A program made the position numbers and the translations under genes. Source: Chiloscyllium plagiosum (taxonomy: Eukaryota). Taken from it: a stretch of DNA of 45,290 nucleotides. Of the stretch, positions 11,888-22,554 are shown piece after piece; position 1 is the stretch's first letter, and every line of letters starts with the position of its first letter. The stretch lies in the NCBI RefSeq assembly GCF_004010195.1, contig NC_057720.1:5494387-5539676 (forward strand). Reading direction: 5' to 3'. Below the pieces are notes generated by a model. That model was given only the letters and a program-made list of their open reading frames with translations. It was not told where the DNA came from and searched no databases.

Positions 11888-12198
11888 TAGGAGTGGACGG
11901 GGTAAACACAGGAAGGAAGTTCCCGATAACTAGGAAGTCCAGAACCAGGGGTCACAGTCTAAAGAAACAATGTGGATTTATGCAAAGCTGCATTTTGGAC
12001 TGAGATGAGGAGAAATTTCTTCACCGAGAGGCCAAAACATTGAAAATTCTTTAAGAAGGATTTCAGTATATTTTTAAGGCCTCAAGGGAATGTGGATAAA
12101 GCAGGAGCAGGATACTGAGTTAGATGATCAGCCATGATCGTATTGAATGGCAGAGCAAGCTCGAAGGGCCAAATGGACTGCCTCTATTTTCTATGTTT
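11888..12198 (+). mobile_element. CR1 3' fragment
   Basis: gtccagaaccaggggtcacagtct (SRTRGHSL) plus CR1 3'UTR ending ctattttctatgtttc. Confidence 0.85.
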
Positions 12199-12257
12199 CC
12201 TTGAATTTACATTCCAGCAGCTGCTGTAGTGAGATTTGAACCCACACTGCATTAGTC

Positions 12258-12775
12258 ACAGAGACATACAGCATTGAAACAGGCCCTTCGGCCCACCATG
12301 GCAATGGCGACAAACTCCAGACTGTACAAATTCCATTTACCTGCACGATTGGTCCATACCCTGGCATTTTAAGTGCTAATCCAGATGCTTCTTCAATGTC
12401 TGCCTCCACCACCCTCTCAGGCAGCAACCTCCATATTTCTACCACCCTCTGAGTGAAACATCTTTTACTCAGATCGCCTCCAAACCACTTACTCCTCACC
12501 TTAAGCTTACACCCTCAGGTCTTAGACACGTCTGCTATGGTGCTCATGATCTCACGATCTGCTCTGTGACTCTCAGAACTGTGTATCCCTCAAAATCAGA
12601 TTTTTCCCCAGTTTCCTCTGCTCCAAGGAAAACAAACCCAGCCTATCCAGACCCTCATCATAACTGGGACTTTGCATCCCTGACTTAAAACTGCACACAG
12701 TATTCCATCTGTGGCCTAACTAAAGGTTCATAAAGTTGTAACAAGACTTCCTTGTGCCTATATTCTGTATCTTCC
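12258..12775 (-). mobile_element. CR1 3' fragment
   Basis: Minus ORF GDLSKRCFTQRVVEIWRLLPERVVEA; tail gggccgaagggcctgtttc. Confidence 0.8.
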
Positions 12776-12784
12776 ATAGCTCTC

Positions 12785-13430
12785 TAGGATAGAGGATTCC
12801 AAAGATTCACCACCCTCTGACTGAAGAAATTCCTCCTCAACCTCAGTTCTAAATGGCCTGCCCATTATTCTGAGACTGTGTCCCCTGGTTTAGTTTCCCC
12901 ATTTCTTCTGCATCTTCTCATTCCTGGAACAAAGGGCTTATGAAGACAGGTTGAACAGGTTTGGCCTGTATCCATTGGTGTTTAGAAGAATGAGAGGTGA
13001 CCTCATTGAACCATAGAAGACGTGTGGGGATTGGAGGCAGTGGATGCTGGGAGCATGTTTCATGTTGTTGGGGAGACTAAAACTAGGGGACACTGTTTTA
13101 TCTGTTTAAGTGAGAGGATCTCCCTTTTAGGACAGAGATGAAATTCTTTTTTTTTCTAAAAGGTGGTTAAAACATGTTGTTTCCTTCCCCAGAAGATACA
13201 GGGGGTTGGGTCTCTACATGAATGCAAGGGATGAGTTACATTTTTCGTAGATCAGTATGGATGCGATAAGCCAAAGGGCTTTTTTCTGTGCTGCGGATCT
13301 CTATGACTTTACAACAAAAGGGTTACGTGTGCAGACAAGAAAGTAGAGCTGAGAACGTAACCAGATTAGCCTTGGTCTTATTGAGGAGCCAAACGGCCCA
13401 AGTCATACATTCCGCTGCTCTGGTTGATGT
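12785..13430. mobile_element. Two opposed CR1 3' fragments (minus 12785-12905, plus 12930-13430)
   Basis: Plus piece reads YEDRLNRFGLYPLVFRRMRGDLIE; minus piece is FFSQRVVNLWN-like. Confidence 0.75.
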
Positions 13431-13441
13431 ATCATCTAAGA

Positions 13442-13755
13442 GGGCAGCATGGTGGCTCAGTAGTTAGCACTGCTGCCTCACAGCACCAGGGACCCGGGTT
13501 CGATTTCCACCTTGGGTGACTGTCTGTGTGGAGTTTGCACATTCTCCCCATGTCTGCGTTGGTTTCCTCCGGATGCTCTGGTTTCCACCCACAATCCAAA
13601 GATGTGCAGGTTAGGTGAATTGGCCAAGCTAAATTGCCCATAGTGTTAGGTGCATTAGTCGGGGGTAAATGTCAGAAGGTTGGGTTACTCTTCAGAGGTT
13701 CACTGTGGACTTGTCGGGCCAAATGGCCTGTTTCCACACTGTAGGGAATATAATC
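13442..13755 (+). mobile_element. HE1-type V-SINE, full length
   Basis: Head gggcagcatggtggctcagtagttagc (A box), ggttcgatttcc (B box), V-domain, tail gggccaaatggcctgtttccacactgta shared with CR1 3' ends. Confidence 0.93.
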
Positions 13756-13899
13756 AATATATGAATACAATGTAGTTGGTTGTTTCATTCAATCGATTAG
13801 AAATAGTTGAGGCCTCAGCACTGGTCTCGGTGTAATTCCACTGACCAACTTGAGATTGATTGAATGTGTCACACTGCATTTGTTGTTGTCAGTTTGATT

Positions 13900-14265
13900 C
13901 CAGGGTTTGATTCCAGCCTCGAGCAACTGTCTGTGTGGAGTTTGCACATTCTCCCTGTGTCTGTGTGGGTTTCCTCCGGGTGCTCCGATCTCCTCCCACA
14001 GTGCAAAGATGTGCAGGTTAGGATGGATTGGCCATGCTAAATTGTCCATAATGCCCAAGAATGTGCAGTTTAGAGTGGATTGTTCATGATAAATTGCCCT
14101 GTATTGTCCAGAAATGTGCAGGCTACATGAGTTAGCCACAGGAAATGTAGAGTTATGGGGATAGGATGGGAGTCTGGGTCTGGGTGGGACGCTGTTTGGA
14201 GGGTCAGTGCAGACTCAGGCCGAATGGCCTCTTTCTGCACCGTATGGGTTCTACGAATCTGTGAA
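13900..14265 (+). mobile_element. HE1-type V-SINE, 5'-truncated, with internal tandem units
   Basis: B box gggtttgattcc, V-domain, three units starting atgtgcag. Confidence 0.88.
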
Positions 14266-14964
14266 TCTTGGCATGTCCACCATATTGCAACAAATAAGCA
14301 AGTTTTGCAATAGATCCTGGATCATGGAAAATGCTTGAAGAGAGAGCTGAGTGCAGTGATGATTTGGTAGCTGTTGGTTTTCCTGCTTTGATGAAATATG
14401 ATGCACTAAATGACCTTCCGTGTGTGTTTCTTTTGTCTAAAATGATTTACATCAACCAAGTGGAACCTTCTCGCTGTGGCTTTCAGCTTGGAGAGTAAGG
14501 CAGTGAGTTTACAATAAGTGGCAGGTGTCAATAGCTATGACCTCTCGACATAATTAGTGTCCCACAGGGCGAATGCTCATTTGCAGCTCCTGTGAACTTT
14601 GCATCAGAATTGAATAATGCAAACCCATTCAGCACTTTTTTTTTGCAGTGTATGGCAAACATTGTGATGGACTGTTAATTTACAGGTGCATGCAGCATGG
14701 TACAAGTTCTGCAATTATAAGTAGCAGTCTTTAAAACTGGAGGTTGCTGAGCACAGCAACAGATATAGAGAATCCACTGCATTGCAATCTTTTGGCGCAC
14801 ATACCGGCCATTCGGCCCAACTGAGCCTTATCTGCTGTTGACATGCACCTCCTCCCCCTTTCTCTTCGATGGTGGTGGTCAGGTGTTGGGTTTGGTGGGG
14901 AGGGGGTTTGAGGACTAAGTGACATAACCTAAGAATTCTTCCCATTTTCCAACTCCTTTCATTT

Positions 14965-14996
14965 CTGAAGAGGAGTTATATCCGACTCGAACTGTT
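14965..14996 (+). ncRNA. Decayed minimal hammerhead-like motif in a short Penelope remnant
   Basis: CTGAAGA-G-GAGTT-ATATCC-GACTC-GAAC-TGTT, followed by aactctg as in the other variant-B copies. Confidence 0.55.
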
Positions 14997-15282
14997 AACT
15001 CTGTCCATGCCTTACTGGGATAGCATATTGGAAGTCAACCCTACTATCCTTGGATATATCACAGAAGGTAAAGGTTTTAAATTGCGAAAGCAAAGTTCCT
15101 CAGTTTACCTGATCTTCAGACCCAGCTTGATAGAAAGCATAAGCCTGTTTTCTGTACTTAACAAAAATGACTGTTTGTTAAAAGTAATCTGTCTGTAGCT
15201 GCAGGTAAAGAGTTATAAATAATTATATATCAGCATATAACACAATAAGTTAATGCCAAGTTTAATGTCCTTGTAAATAAAC

Positions 15283-15590
15283 ACTCTCTCACGTACACAC
15301 ATACACACACACACACTCTCAGTGATTAGTGCTGCTGCCTCACAGTACTAGGGACCTGGGTTCAATCCCACCCTCAAGTGACTGTAAGTCGAATTTTCAC
15401 TTTCTCCCTGTGTTTGCATGGGTTTCCTCTGTGTGCTCCGATTTCCTCCCACAGTCCAAAGATCTGGAGGTTAGGTGGATCGGCCATGGGAAATGCAGTG
15501 TTACAGGGATCGGGTAAGTGGGTGGGATAGTCTTCAGAGGATTGGTATGGAATAGATGAGCTGAATGGCCTGCTTCCACATTGTCTGTGT
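15283..15590 (+). mobile_element. (CA)n tract followed by a 5'-truncated HE1-type V-SINE
   Basis: acacac run, then cagtgattagtgctgctgcctcacag...gggttcaatccc and the V-domain. Confidence 0.85.
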
Positions 15591-15634
15591 ATGTGCAGTA
15601 GAATCTTTACAATCATACAATGAAAAACAGTTAA

Positions 15635-15760
15635 TAAAAGCCAAAGAACTGTGGAAGCCGGAATCCTGAAAGATTGAAATTGCTGGAAAATCTCAGCAGG
15701 TCTGGCAGCATCTATGGAGAGAAAACAATTGATGTATCAAGCCCAGTGACCCTTCTTCAA
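15635..15760 (-). mobile_element. Penelope terminal fragment
   Basis: ttgctggaaaatctcagcaggtctggcagcatc...cagtgacccttcttca, ending at a decayed hammerhead core. Confidence 0.7.
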
Positions 15761-16499
15761 AGTGGAAAATAGGATAAGGAAAATCCAGAAGGCAATTCAG
15801 TGGTGACTATTCCCAGGTTGCTGAGATGATCCTTATGCTGGTCGGAATGTGCTTCTCAGTCGTCTTTCTTCAGATGCTTCCACTGGTTTGCATGAGGTAC
15901 TGGGTGACTGGTTCACTTACAAATAGTCCCTGACTTATCAAATGAGATTCACAGCTTACAACAACTGCTGAAGGAAAGATAAACTGGTTTTCTTCATGTT
16001 CAAAGTGAGATTTGATTACAGAGAACGGAAAAATAGCTCCTGAGCTAGAGATCAAATCACTTCTCTCTCTACCTTGCTCCAGCCTCAAGCTCTTTCATTT
16101 GCCTTAGAACCAGTCACACGGTTGTTAGCAGGCAGAGGCCTTTGTCATCAATGACTGGTCACTAGTTCATAAACCAATAAACTTCTTGTTGCCAACCAGA
16201 GTTGCATGTTTATAGAGCCCTTCCGCTCCAGATAATCAGCAACTTAAACATAGTTATGTCTTGTTCAAACTGCTATTTATACAGTTCTTGCCATGAAAGT
16301 CAAGTTACTTGCTTTTCAAAACATGCAGCAATCCTTTAAAGTACTGATTTAAAATATTTCAGCTCACACTTTTAAAAAGTCCAAAGATAAAAGTGTGTTT
16401 ACATCTGTTTCTCTCTCCACAGATGCTGCCAGACCTGCTGATTTTGTTTTTAGTTTCGGTTTTCCAGCATCTGCAATATTTTGCCCAGACTTGAAGCGT

Positions 16500-16830
16500 T
16501 AGGGAGGGAGTATTGCCTGATGCCTTAGCCATCATTTAGCCCTCAGTTCACAACACAAATCAACAGTATTTGTGGGTTCTGAGGCTGAGTCATTGGACCT
16601 GAAATGTTAACTCTGATTTCTGTCCACAGATGCTGCCAGACCCGCTGAGCTTTTCCAACAACTTCTGTTTTTGCCTCTGATTTACAGCATCCGCCATTCT
16701 TTTGGTTTTTAAACAGTATCTGCTCTTTGTTGTGTTCTTCTCTGTGGGAGCTAGCTGTGCAAACATTAGCTGCCTTGCCTCCTTATGTTACAAGACTAAT
16801 TATATTTCAGAAGCTCTTCATTTCAAATGA
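16500..16830 (+). mobile_element. Probable DeuSINE-type relic, interrupted by a Penelope insert
   Basis: gggagtattgcctgatgccttagccatcatttagccctca...tgtgggagctagctgtgcaaacattagctgcc; similar blocks at 26955-27080 and, inverted, 43470-43676. Family assignment is from my recall of the consensus. Confidence 0.5.
16573..16711 (+). mobile_element. Penelope mini-insert with TSD
   Basis: TSD aacagtatttg (16562-16572) / aacagtatctg (16712-16722); begins at a decayed hammerhead ctgaggctgagtcattggacctgaaatgtt. A similar tail remnant lies at about 16404-16485. Confidence 0.75.
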
Positions 16831-16904
16831 CTCGTGCTATATAGGTGCATGTCCTTCCATATCTTTCTTGAAGTGCAATCTTTCTTGTAAAGTTACAAGT
16901 TACA

Positions 16905-17667
16905 AGTGGAGTTCCGCAGGGATCAGTTCTGGGTCCTCTGCTGTTCGTAATTTTTATTAATGACTTGGATGAGGGAGTCGAAGGGTGGGTCAGTAAATTT
17001 GCAGATGATACGAAGATTAGTGGAGTTGTGGATAGTGAGGAGGGCTGTTGTCAGCTGCAAAGGGACTTAGATATGATGCAGAGCTGGGCTGAGAAGTGGC
17101 AAATGGAGTTCAACCCTGCCAAGTGTGAGGTTGTCCATTTTGGAAAGACAAATAAGAATGCGGAATACAAGGTTAACGGTAGGGTTCTTAGTAAGGTGGA
17201 GGAGCAGAGGGATCTTGGAGTCTATATTCATAGATCTTTGAAAGTTGCCACTCAGGTGGATAGAGCTCGTAAGAAGGNNNNNNNNNNNNNNNNNNNNNNN
17301 NNNNNNNNNNNNNNNNNNNNNNNNNNNNNNNNNNNNNNNNNNNNNNNNNNNNNNNNNNNNNNNNNNNNNNNNNNNNNNNNNNNNNNNNNNNNNNNNNNNN
17401 NNNNNNNNNNNNNNNNNNNNNNNNNNNNNNNNNNNNNNNNNNNNNNGGGGAGATGTCAGGGGTGGGTTCTTTACCCAGAGAGTGGTGGGGGCATGGAATG
17501 CGCTGCCTGTGGGAGTGGTACAGTCAGAATCTTTGGTGACCTTTAAGCGGCAATTGGATAGGTACATGGATGGGTGCTTAAGCTAGGACAAATGTTCGGC
17601 ACAACATTGTGGGCCGAAGGGCCTGTTCTGTGCTGTATTGTTCTATGTTCTATGTTCTATGTTCTAT
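16905..17667 (+). mobile_element. Young CR1 copy spanning an assembly gap
   Basis: SGVPQGSVLGPLLFVIFINDLDEGVEGWVSKFADDTK...WQMEFNPAKC; tail (ttctatg)4. Confidence 0.93.
17278..17446. other. Assembly gap (169 N)
   Basis: Run of N. Confidence 1.
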
Positions 17668-17714
17668 GAAATTCAGTAGTAGATAAGTAAACAGAATCAT
17701 TGTTTGTTTTGTAT

Positions 17715-18043
17715 TGACTTGTGGGATGTGGGTGTCACTGGCTGGGCCAGCATTTATTGTCCATCCCTAGTTGCCTTTGAGAAGGTAGGACTGATCTGCC
17801 TTCTTGAAACACTGCAGTCCATGTGCTGTAGGTAGACCCACAATAACTAACTTAAGGGAGGGAATGCCAGGATTTTGACCCAGAGACACCTGCATTATCA
17901 GATTTCACCAAAGATCCTTAGACAGTAATTCCCAAAGTCATAACTATCTAGTTGAAGGTCAAAGGCAGCAGATACATGGGAACATCACCCTCTGCAAGTT
18001 CCTTTCCAAGCCACTCACCATCGTGACTTGGAAATATATCGCC
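17715..18043 (-). mobile_element. L2-like LINE 3' end with an inverted 5' segment
   Basis: 17715-17890 is the tail on the minus strand; 17900-18043 is the consensus-adjacent upstream piece on the plus strand. Confidence 0.75.
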
Positions 18044-18195
18044 CTCAGCACTGGAAAGGAATTCTCTGGTCTTCCTTGAAGTAAAACGGTGAGATCCTTA
18101 ACTTCCCATTGAGCTGGCAGATTGGGCGTTAGTTTGATGTTTCACCCAAGGAGATATCTCTGACAGTGCAGCATTTCCCTGCGCTGGAAACTCAC
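18044..18195 (-). mobile_element. Probable DeuSINE Deu-domain relic
   Basis: tagtttgatgtttcacccaag...ctctgacagtgcagcatttccct matches the 43600-43676 block. Confidence 0.5.
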
Positions 18196-18257
18196 CAAGG
18201 AAAGCTCCTGAAACCCGTAACCTTTTCATTACTCAAGCATACTGCATAAATTCAAGT

Positions 18258-18690
18258 TACCAGGGTTTGAGCTACAGGAAGAGGCTGAATAGGCTGGGCC
18301 TGTTTTCCCTGGAGCATCGGAGGCTGACGGGTGACCATGATCATGAAGGGCATGGATAGGGTAAACAGAGAAAATCGTTTCCCTGAGGTGGGGGAGTCCA
18401 GAATTAGATGACAAAGGTTTGGGGTGAGAGGGGAAAGATATAAAAGGGACTTAAGGGGCAACCTTTTATGTAAAGGGTGATGTGTATGGAATGAGCTGCC
18501 AGAGGAAGTGGTGGAAGTTAGCACAATTACAATATTTAGAAGGCAAATGGATGGCATATAAACAGAAAGGCTTTAGAGGGATATGGGCCAGGTGCTGGCA
18601 AATGGGGCTAGATTAATTTAGGATATCTAGTCAGCATGGATGATTTGAACTGAAGGGTCTGTTTCTGTGCTGTATATCTCTATGACTCTA
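18258..18690 (+). mobile_element. CR1 3' fragment
   Basis: Colinear with about 39540-39990; tail ctctatgactct. Confidence 0.9.
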
Positions 18691-19289
18691 AGTTCTTTCT
18701 TTCTTTCGCATTGTAACCCTTTGCAGGTTCCGAGTTGGGGAGTGGCACCAGCTACTGAAGCCATTTAGGACTGTCATCGTATGATAAAGAGCAGGCTACT
18801 AATTCAGAATGGACCTCTAAAGCTGTATTAATGATGAGAATCATTAGTGCGAGATTCTGAATGTTAAAACGCTCAGACATTATTCAGCTTGAATGTCGAT
18901 ACGATGCTTAATGTTTAATTACAATTCGGATGAGGACAAAACAGGAGGCTACAGAATGATGTGTCTGTATTGAGCAAGCTGAGCCCAGTGAGGTGTGAAT
19001 GTTACTAGGTCTGGACCAGTGTCGCTGAAACAGATGGTGTATCTTTTTGCCACCTATGATGTGTAAGAGATTAGGTACATAATGTACTGTATCTAGGCTG
19101 AGCAGAATCATTTTCTCATCCATCACCCATAGTTAATCTCTTCCTATTTTGGGACACAGAGAGGTTTCAGTTGCTGGATTTGAAATGATGTTTGACCTCC
19201 TTAGAATCTGTCCAGCCTACAGCAACAACTTGTGCTCACATAGCACCAGGAACAGACAGTCTTTAACTCATTCAGTGACTGTACAAATT

Positions 19290-19643
19290 GTTTGTTAGGT
19301 CCCAGCCAGAGTACTGTGTACAGTTCTAGAATCCACATTACAGGATGGGTGGGATTGCCCTGGAGATTTATCAGGAAGCTGCCTGGGCTGGAGAGTTTCA
19401 GTTGCAGAGATGAGAGTGTTACAGAGATGAGTTTCAGAGATGAGAGATTGGACAGAATGGGATTACTAACCCTGGAGCAATGGAGATTAAGAGGGGACAT
19501 GATTGAGATGGTGAAATTTCTGAGGGCCTACATAGGGCAGACACTTTTCCCATTGTTGGAGGGATCATTGACTGGGGGTGGGGGGGTGGGGGGGGGGGTG
19601 CATAGATTTGAGGTAACGGGTAGGAGGTTTAGAGGAGATGTGA
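19290..19643 (+). mobile_element. Old CR1 fragment
   Basis: RDERLDRMGLLTLEQWRLRGDMIE...LFPL; contains a short internal duplication (cagagatgag) and a G-run. Confidence 0.7.
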
Positions 19644-19644
19644 G

Positions 19645-20470
19645 TGTTGTCAGGGCTTCACCCACACAGGCAAATAGGCAGTATTCTATCATACTTCTGA
19701 CTTGTGCCTTGTAGTTACATGTCACAGTAGCCTCTGACCTGCTCTTAGCCACTATGTTTCTGTGGTGAGTCCAGTTGAGTTTCTGGTCAATGGTGACTCC
19801 CAGGATGTTGATGGTGCGGGATTTGGTGATGGTAACACCATTGACTGTTAAGGAGTGGTGGTTAATTTGTCTTTTCCTGGAGATGGTCACAGCCTGGCAT
19901 TTCTGTGACACCAATGTTACTTGCCACTTGTCGGCCCAAGCCTGGATATTGTCCAGATCTTGTTGGATTCGAACATGGACTGCTTCAGTATCTGAAGAGT
20001 CGTGAATGGTGCTGAACATCCCCACTTCTGACCTTGTGATGGAGGGAGGTCATTGATGAAGCAGCTGAAAATGGTTGGACCTAGGACACTATCCTGAGGT
20101 ACTTTTGCAAGATATCCTGAAGCTGAAATGACTGACCTTCAACAACCACGAACACCTTCCTAAGTGTCAGGTATGACTCCAACCAGTGGAGATTTTGCCC
20201 TTGGTACCCATTGATTCCAGTTTTGCCAGGGCTCCTTGATGCCACACTTGGTTGAATGCTCCCTTGATGTCAAGGGCTGTCACTCTCACCTCCCCTCTAG
20301 AATTCAGCTCTTTTGTCCATGTTTGAACCAAGGCTGTAATTGAGGTCAGGAGCTGAGTGGCCCTGGCAGAACCCGAACTGGGCTGTTGATGACACCTTCC
20401 ATCACTTTACTGATGATTGATGGGGACTGATGGAGCGGTAATTGGCCGGGTTAGATTTGGTCTGTTTTTT
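19645..20470 (-). mobile_element. CR1-group (L2/Crack-like) LINE RT fragment
   Basis: ORF 19528-20025 QQDLDNIQAWADKWQVT...KCQ...NILGVTIDQKLNWTHH...YKAQVRS.IEY; colinear with 650-1370. Confidence 0.85.
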
Positions 20471-20476
20471 ATGTAC

Positions 20477-21483
20477 GTGACCAGTGGACTGCCACAAGGA
20501 TCAGTGCTGGGTCCACTACTTCTCATCATTTATATAAATGATTTGGATGCGAGCATAAGAGGTATAATTAATAAGTTTGCAGATGACACCAAAATTGAAG
20601 GTGTAGTGGACAGTGAAGAAGGTTACCTCAGATTACAACAGAATCTTGATCAGATGGGCCAATGGGCTGAGGAGTGACAAATGGAGTTTAATTTAGTTAA
20701 ATGTGAGTGCTGCATTTTGAGAAAACAAATCTTAGCAGGACTTATACACCTAATGGTAAGGTCCTAGGGAGTGTTGCTGAACAAAGAGACCTTGGAGTGC
20801 AGGTTCATAGCTCCTTGAAAGTAGAGTCAGCATTTGGAATGTTTTCCTTTATTGGTCAGAGTATTGAGTACAGGAGTTGGGAGGTCATGTTGCGGCTGTA
20901 CAGGACATTTTTAGGCCACTTTTGGAACATAGCATGCAATTCTGGTCTCCTTCCTATTGGAAGGATGTTGTGAAACTTGAAAGGATTCAGAAAAAAATTT
21001 CAGGAATGTTGCCAGGGTTGTAGGGATTGAGCTATAGGGAGAGGTTGATTAGGCTGGGGCTGTTTTCCCTGGAGCGTTGGAGGCTGAGGAGTGACCTTAT
21101 AGAGGTTTACAAAATTATGAGGGGCATGGATAGGATAAATAGACAAAGTCTCTTCCCTGAGGTGTGGGAGTCCAGAACTATACGGCATAAGTTTAAGGTG
21201 AAAGGGGAAAGATTTAAAAGAGCCCTTTTAAAAGGGGCAACTTTTTCACCCAGAGGGTGGTACGTGTATGGAATGAGCTGCCAGACGAAGTGGTGGAGGC
21301 TAGTACGATTACAACATTTTAAAAGGCATATGGATGGCTATATGAATTGGAAGGGTTTGGAGGGATATGGGTTGTGTGCTGGCAGGTGGGACTAGATTGG
21401 GTTGGGATATCAGCATGGACGGGTTGGACCGAAGGGTGTATTTCCGTGCTGTATGTCTCTCTGACTCTCTGACTATGACTCTA
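20477..21483 (+). mobile_element. CR1 5'-truncated copy
   Basis: VTSGLPQGSVLGPLLLIIYINDLD...KFADDTK; contains stops and frameshifts; tail gactctgactatgactct. Confidence 0.93.
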
Positions 21484-21919
21484 AGACAAACCTGAGCAAT
21501 TTTCTACATTGTCGGGTAGAGTTGAACTGGAAAAGCATGGAAGCAAACAAATCAGAACATGAAGTATTGTGCTTTGTGCCACTTCTAACCTTATTCATAC
21601 TTGACTATTGCAATCACAAAAAATCAAACGTCTCCAGTTTGTTGCTATGTGGAGATCCCACCAAAGATGGCTGTTGATGTGTTCAATGTATCAATTGCTC
21701 TGTGTTTTATTATGGAGCCTGTTATTTGATCTACACTTGGGTTTAATTAGTTAATCCTGACTGTTGACTCAGAATTAGTAGAAGCTGAGCTATGGTTGTT
21801 AGTTCAAACATTTTAAGATATTACAGAGATATTGATGATAAAAGTTGCTGCACACTTGGAAAACCATTTGCATTTCTGTGAGATATAAAATATACAACAT
21901 GTCTCCTTTACCTTCTTAT

Positions 21920-22215
21920 TCTTTCGTGGAATGTGGGTATGTTGACCATCCCCATTGCCCTTGAACTGTGACCTCCACAGTCATTTCAGAGGGCAGTTAA
22001 ATGCCAATCACTTTGTTGTTGGTCTGGAGTCACATGTAGGCCAGACAAGGTGAGGATGATTGGTTTCCTTCTCTGAAGAACATTAGTGAACCAGATGGGT
22101 TTTAATGACAATTACTCGGCACAGCTTTTGATTCCAGATTTATTTGAATCGAAATTTCACCAGTTGCCGAGGTGACGTATGAACTTGTGTCTCCACAGCA
22201 TTAACCAGAGCCTCT
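21920..22215 (-). mobile_element. tRNA-derived SINE (L2-like-tail family)
   Basis: ggtctggagtcacatgtaggccagac...cattagtgaaccagatggg body shared with the 29355, 31395 and 43015 copies. Confidence 0.8.
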
Positions 22216-22554
22216 GCATCACTTGTCATGTGACATTGTCACTATCTCACCAATCCCCCTGAAGGGAAGGCACTGACTATTTTGCAAAGCCCATTTTAAA
22301 TTCGTGGATTTAGGGGTTATGATGGCCCTTCGGTATATGAGGGAAATATATGAAATAATTGTTAGAGTTTGTTTGTTTACTTGTGGGGTGTGGGTGTTGC
22401 TGGCTGAGCCAGCATTTATTGCCTGTCCCTCAAGCAGGTGAGGGTGAGCTTCCTTCTTGAACCACTGCAGTCCATTTACACACAATGCCCTTATGAAGGG
22501 AGTTCCAGGATTTTGATTCAGCAACACTGAAGGAACGGTGCATGAAAGAACCTT

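Larger units (their letters stand above)
11410..12257 (-). mobile_element. tRNA-derived SINE (L2-like-tail family) interrupted by Penelope and CR1 inserts
   Basis: catttcagagggtagtttagagtcaac...gggtctcgagtcacac...gccagaccagg body; the head resumes at about 12200-12257 (gagatttgaaccc, reverse complement of a B box). Confidence 0.75.

Noticed and set aside
12785..13430. Twin-priming inversion of CR1
   Set aside because: The two pieces cover overlapping consensus regions and look like different subfamilies, so independent insertions are more likely.
13442..13515. tRNA gene
   Set aside because: The A and B boxes run directly into a V-SINE body and CR1-like tail; the same holds for the other tRNA-like heads.
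18727..18800. Strong splice acceptor (ctttgcag|gtt)
   Set aside because: Stops in all frames within about 60 nt and no good donor; it could be non-coding but is unsupported.
19573..19600. Functional G-quadruplex
   Set aside because: A simple G-run expansion inside a decayed CR1 with no supporting context.
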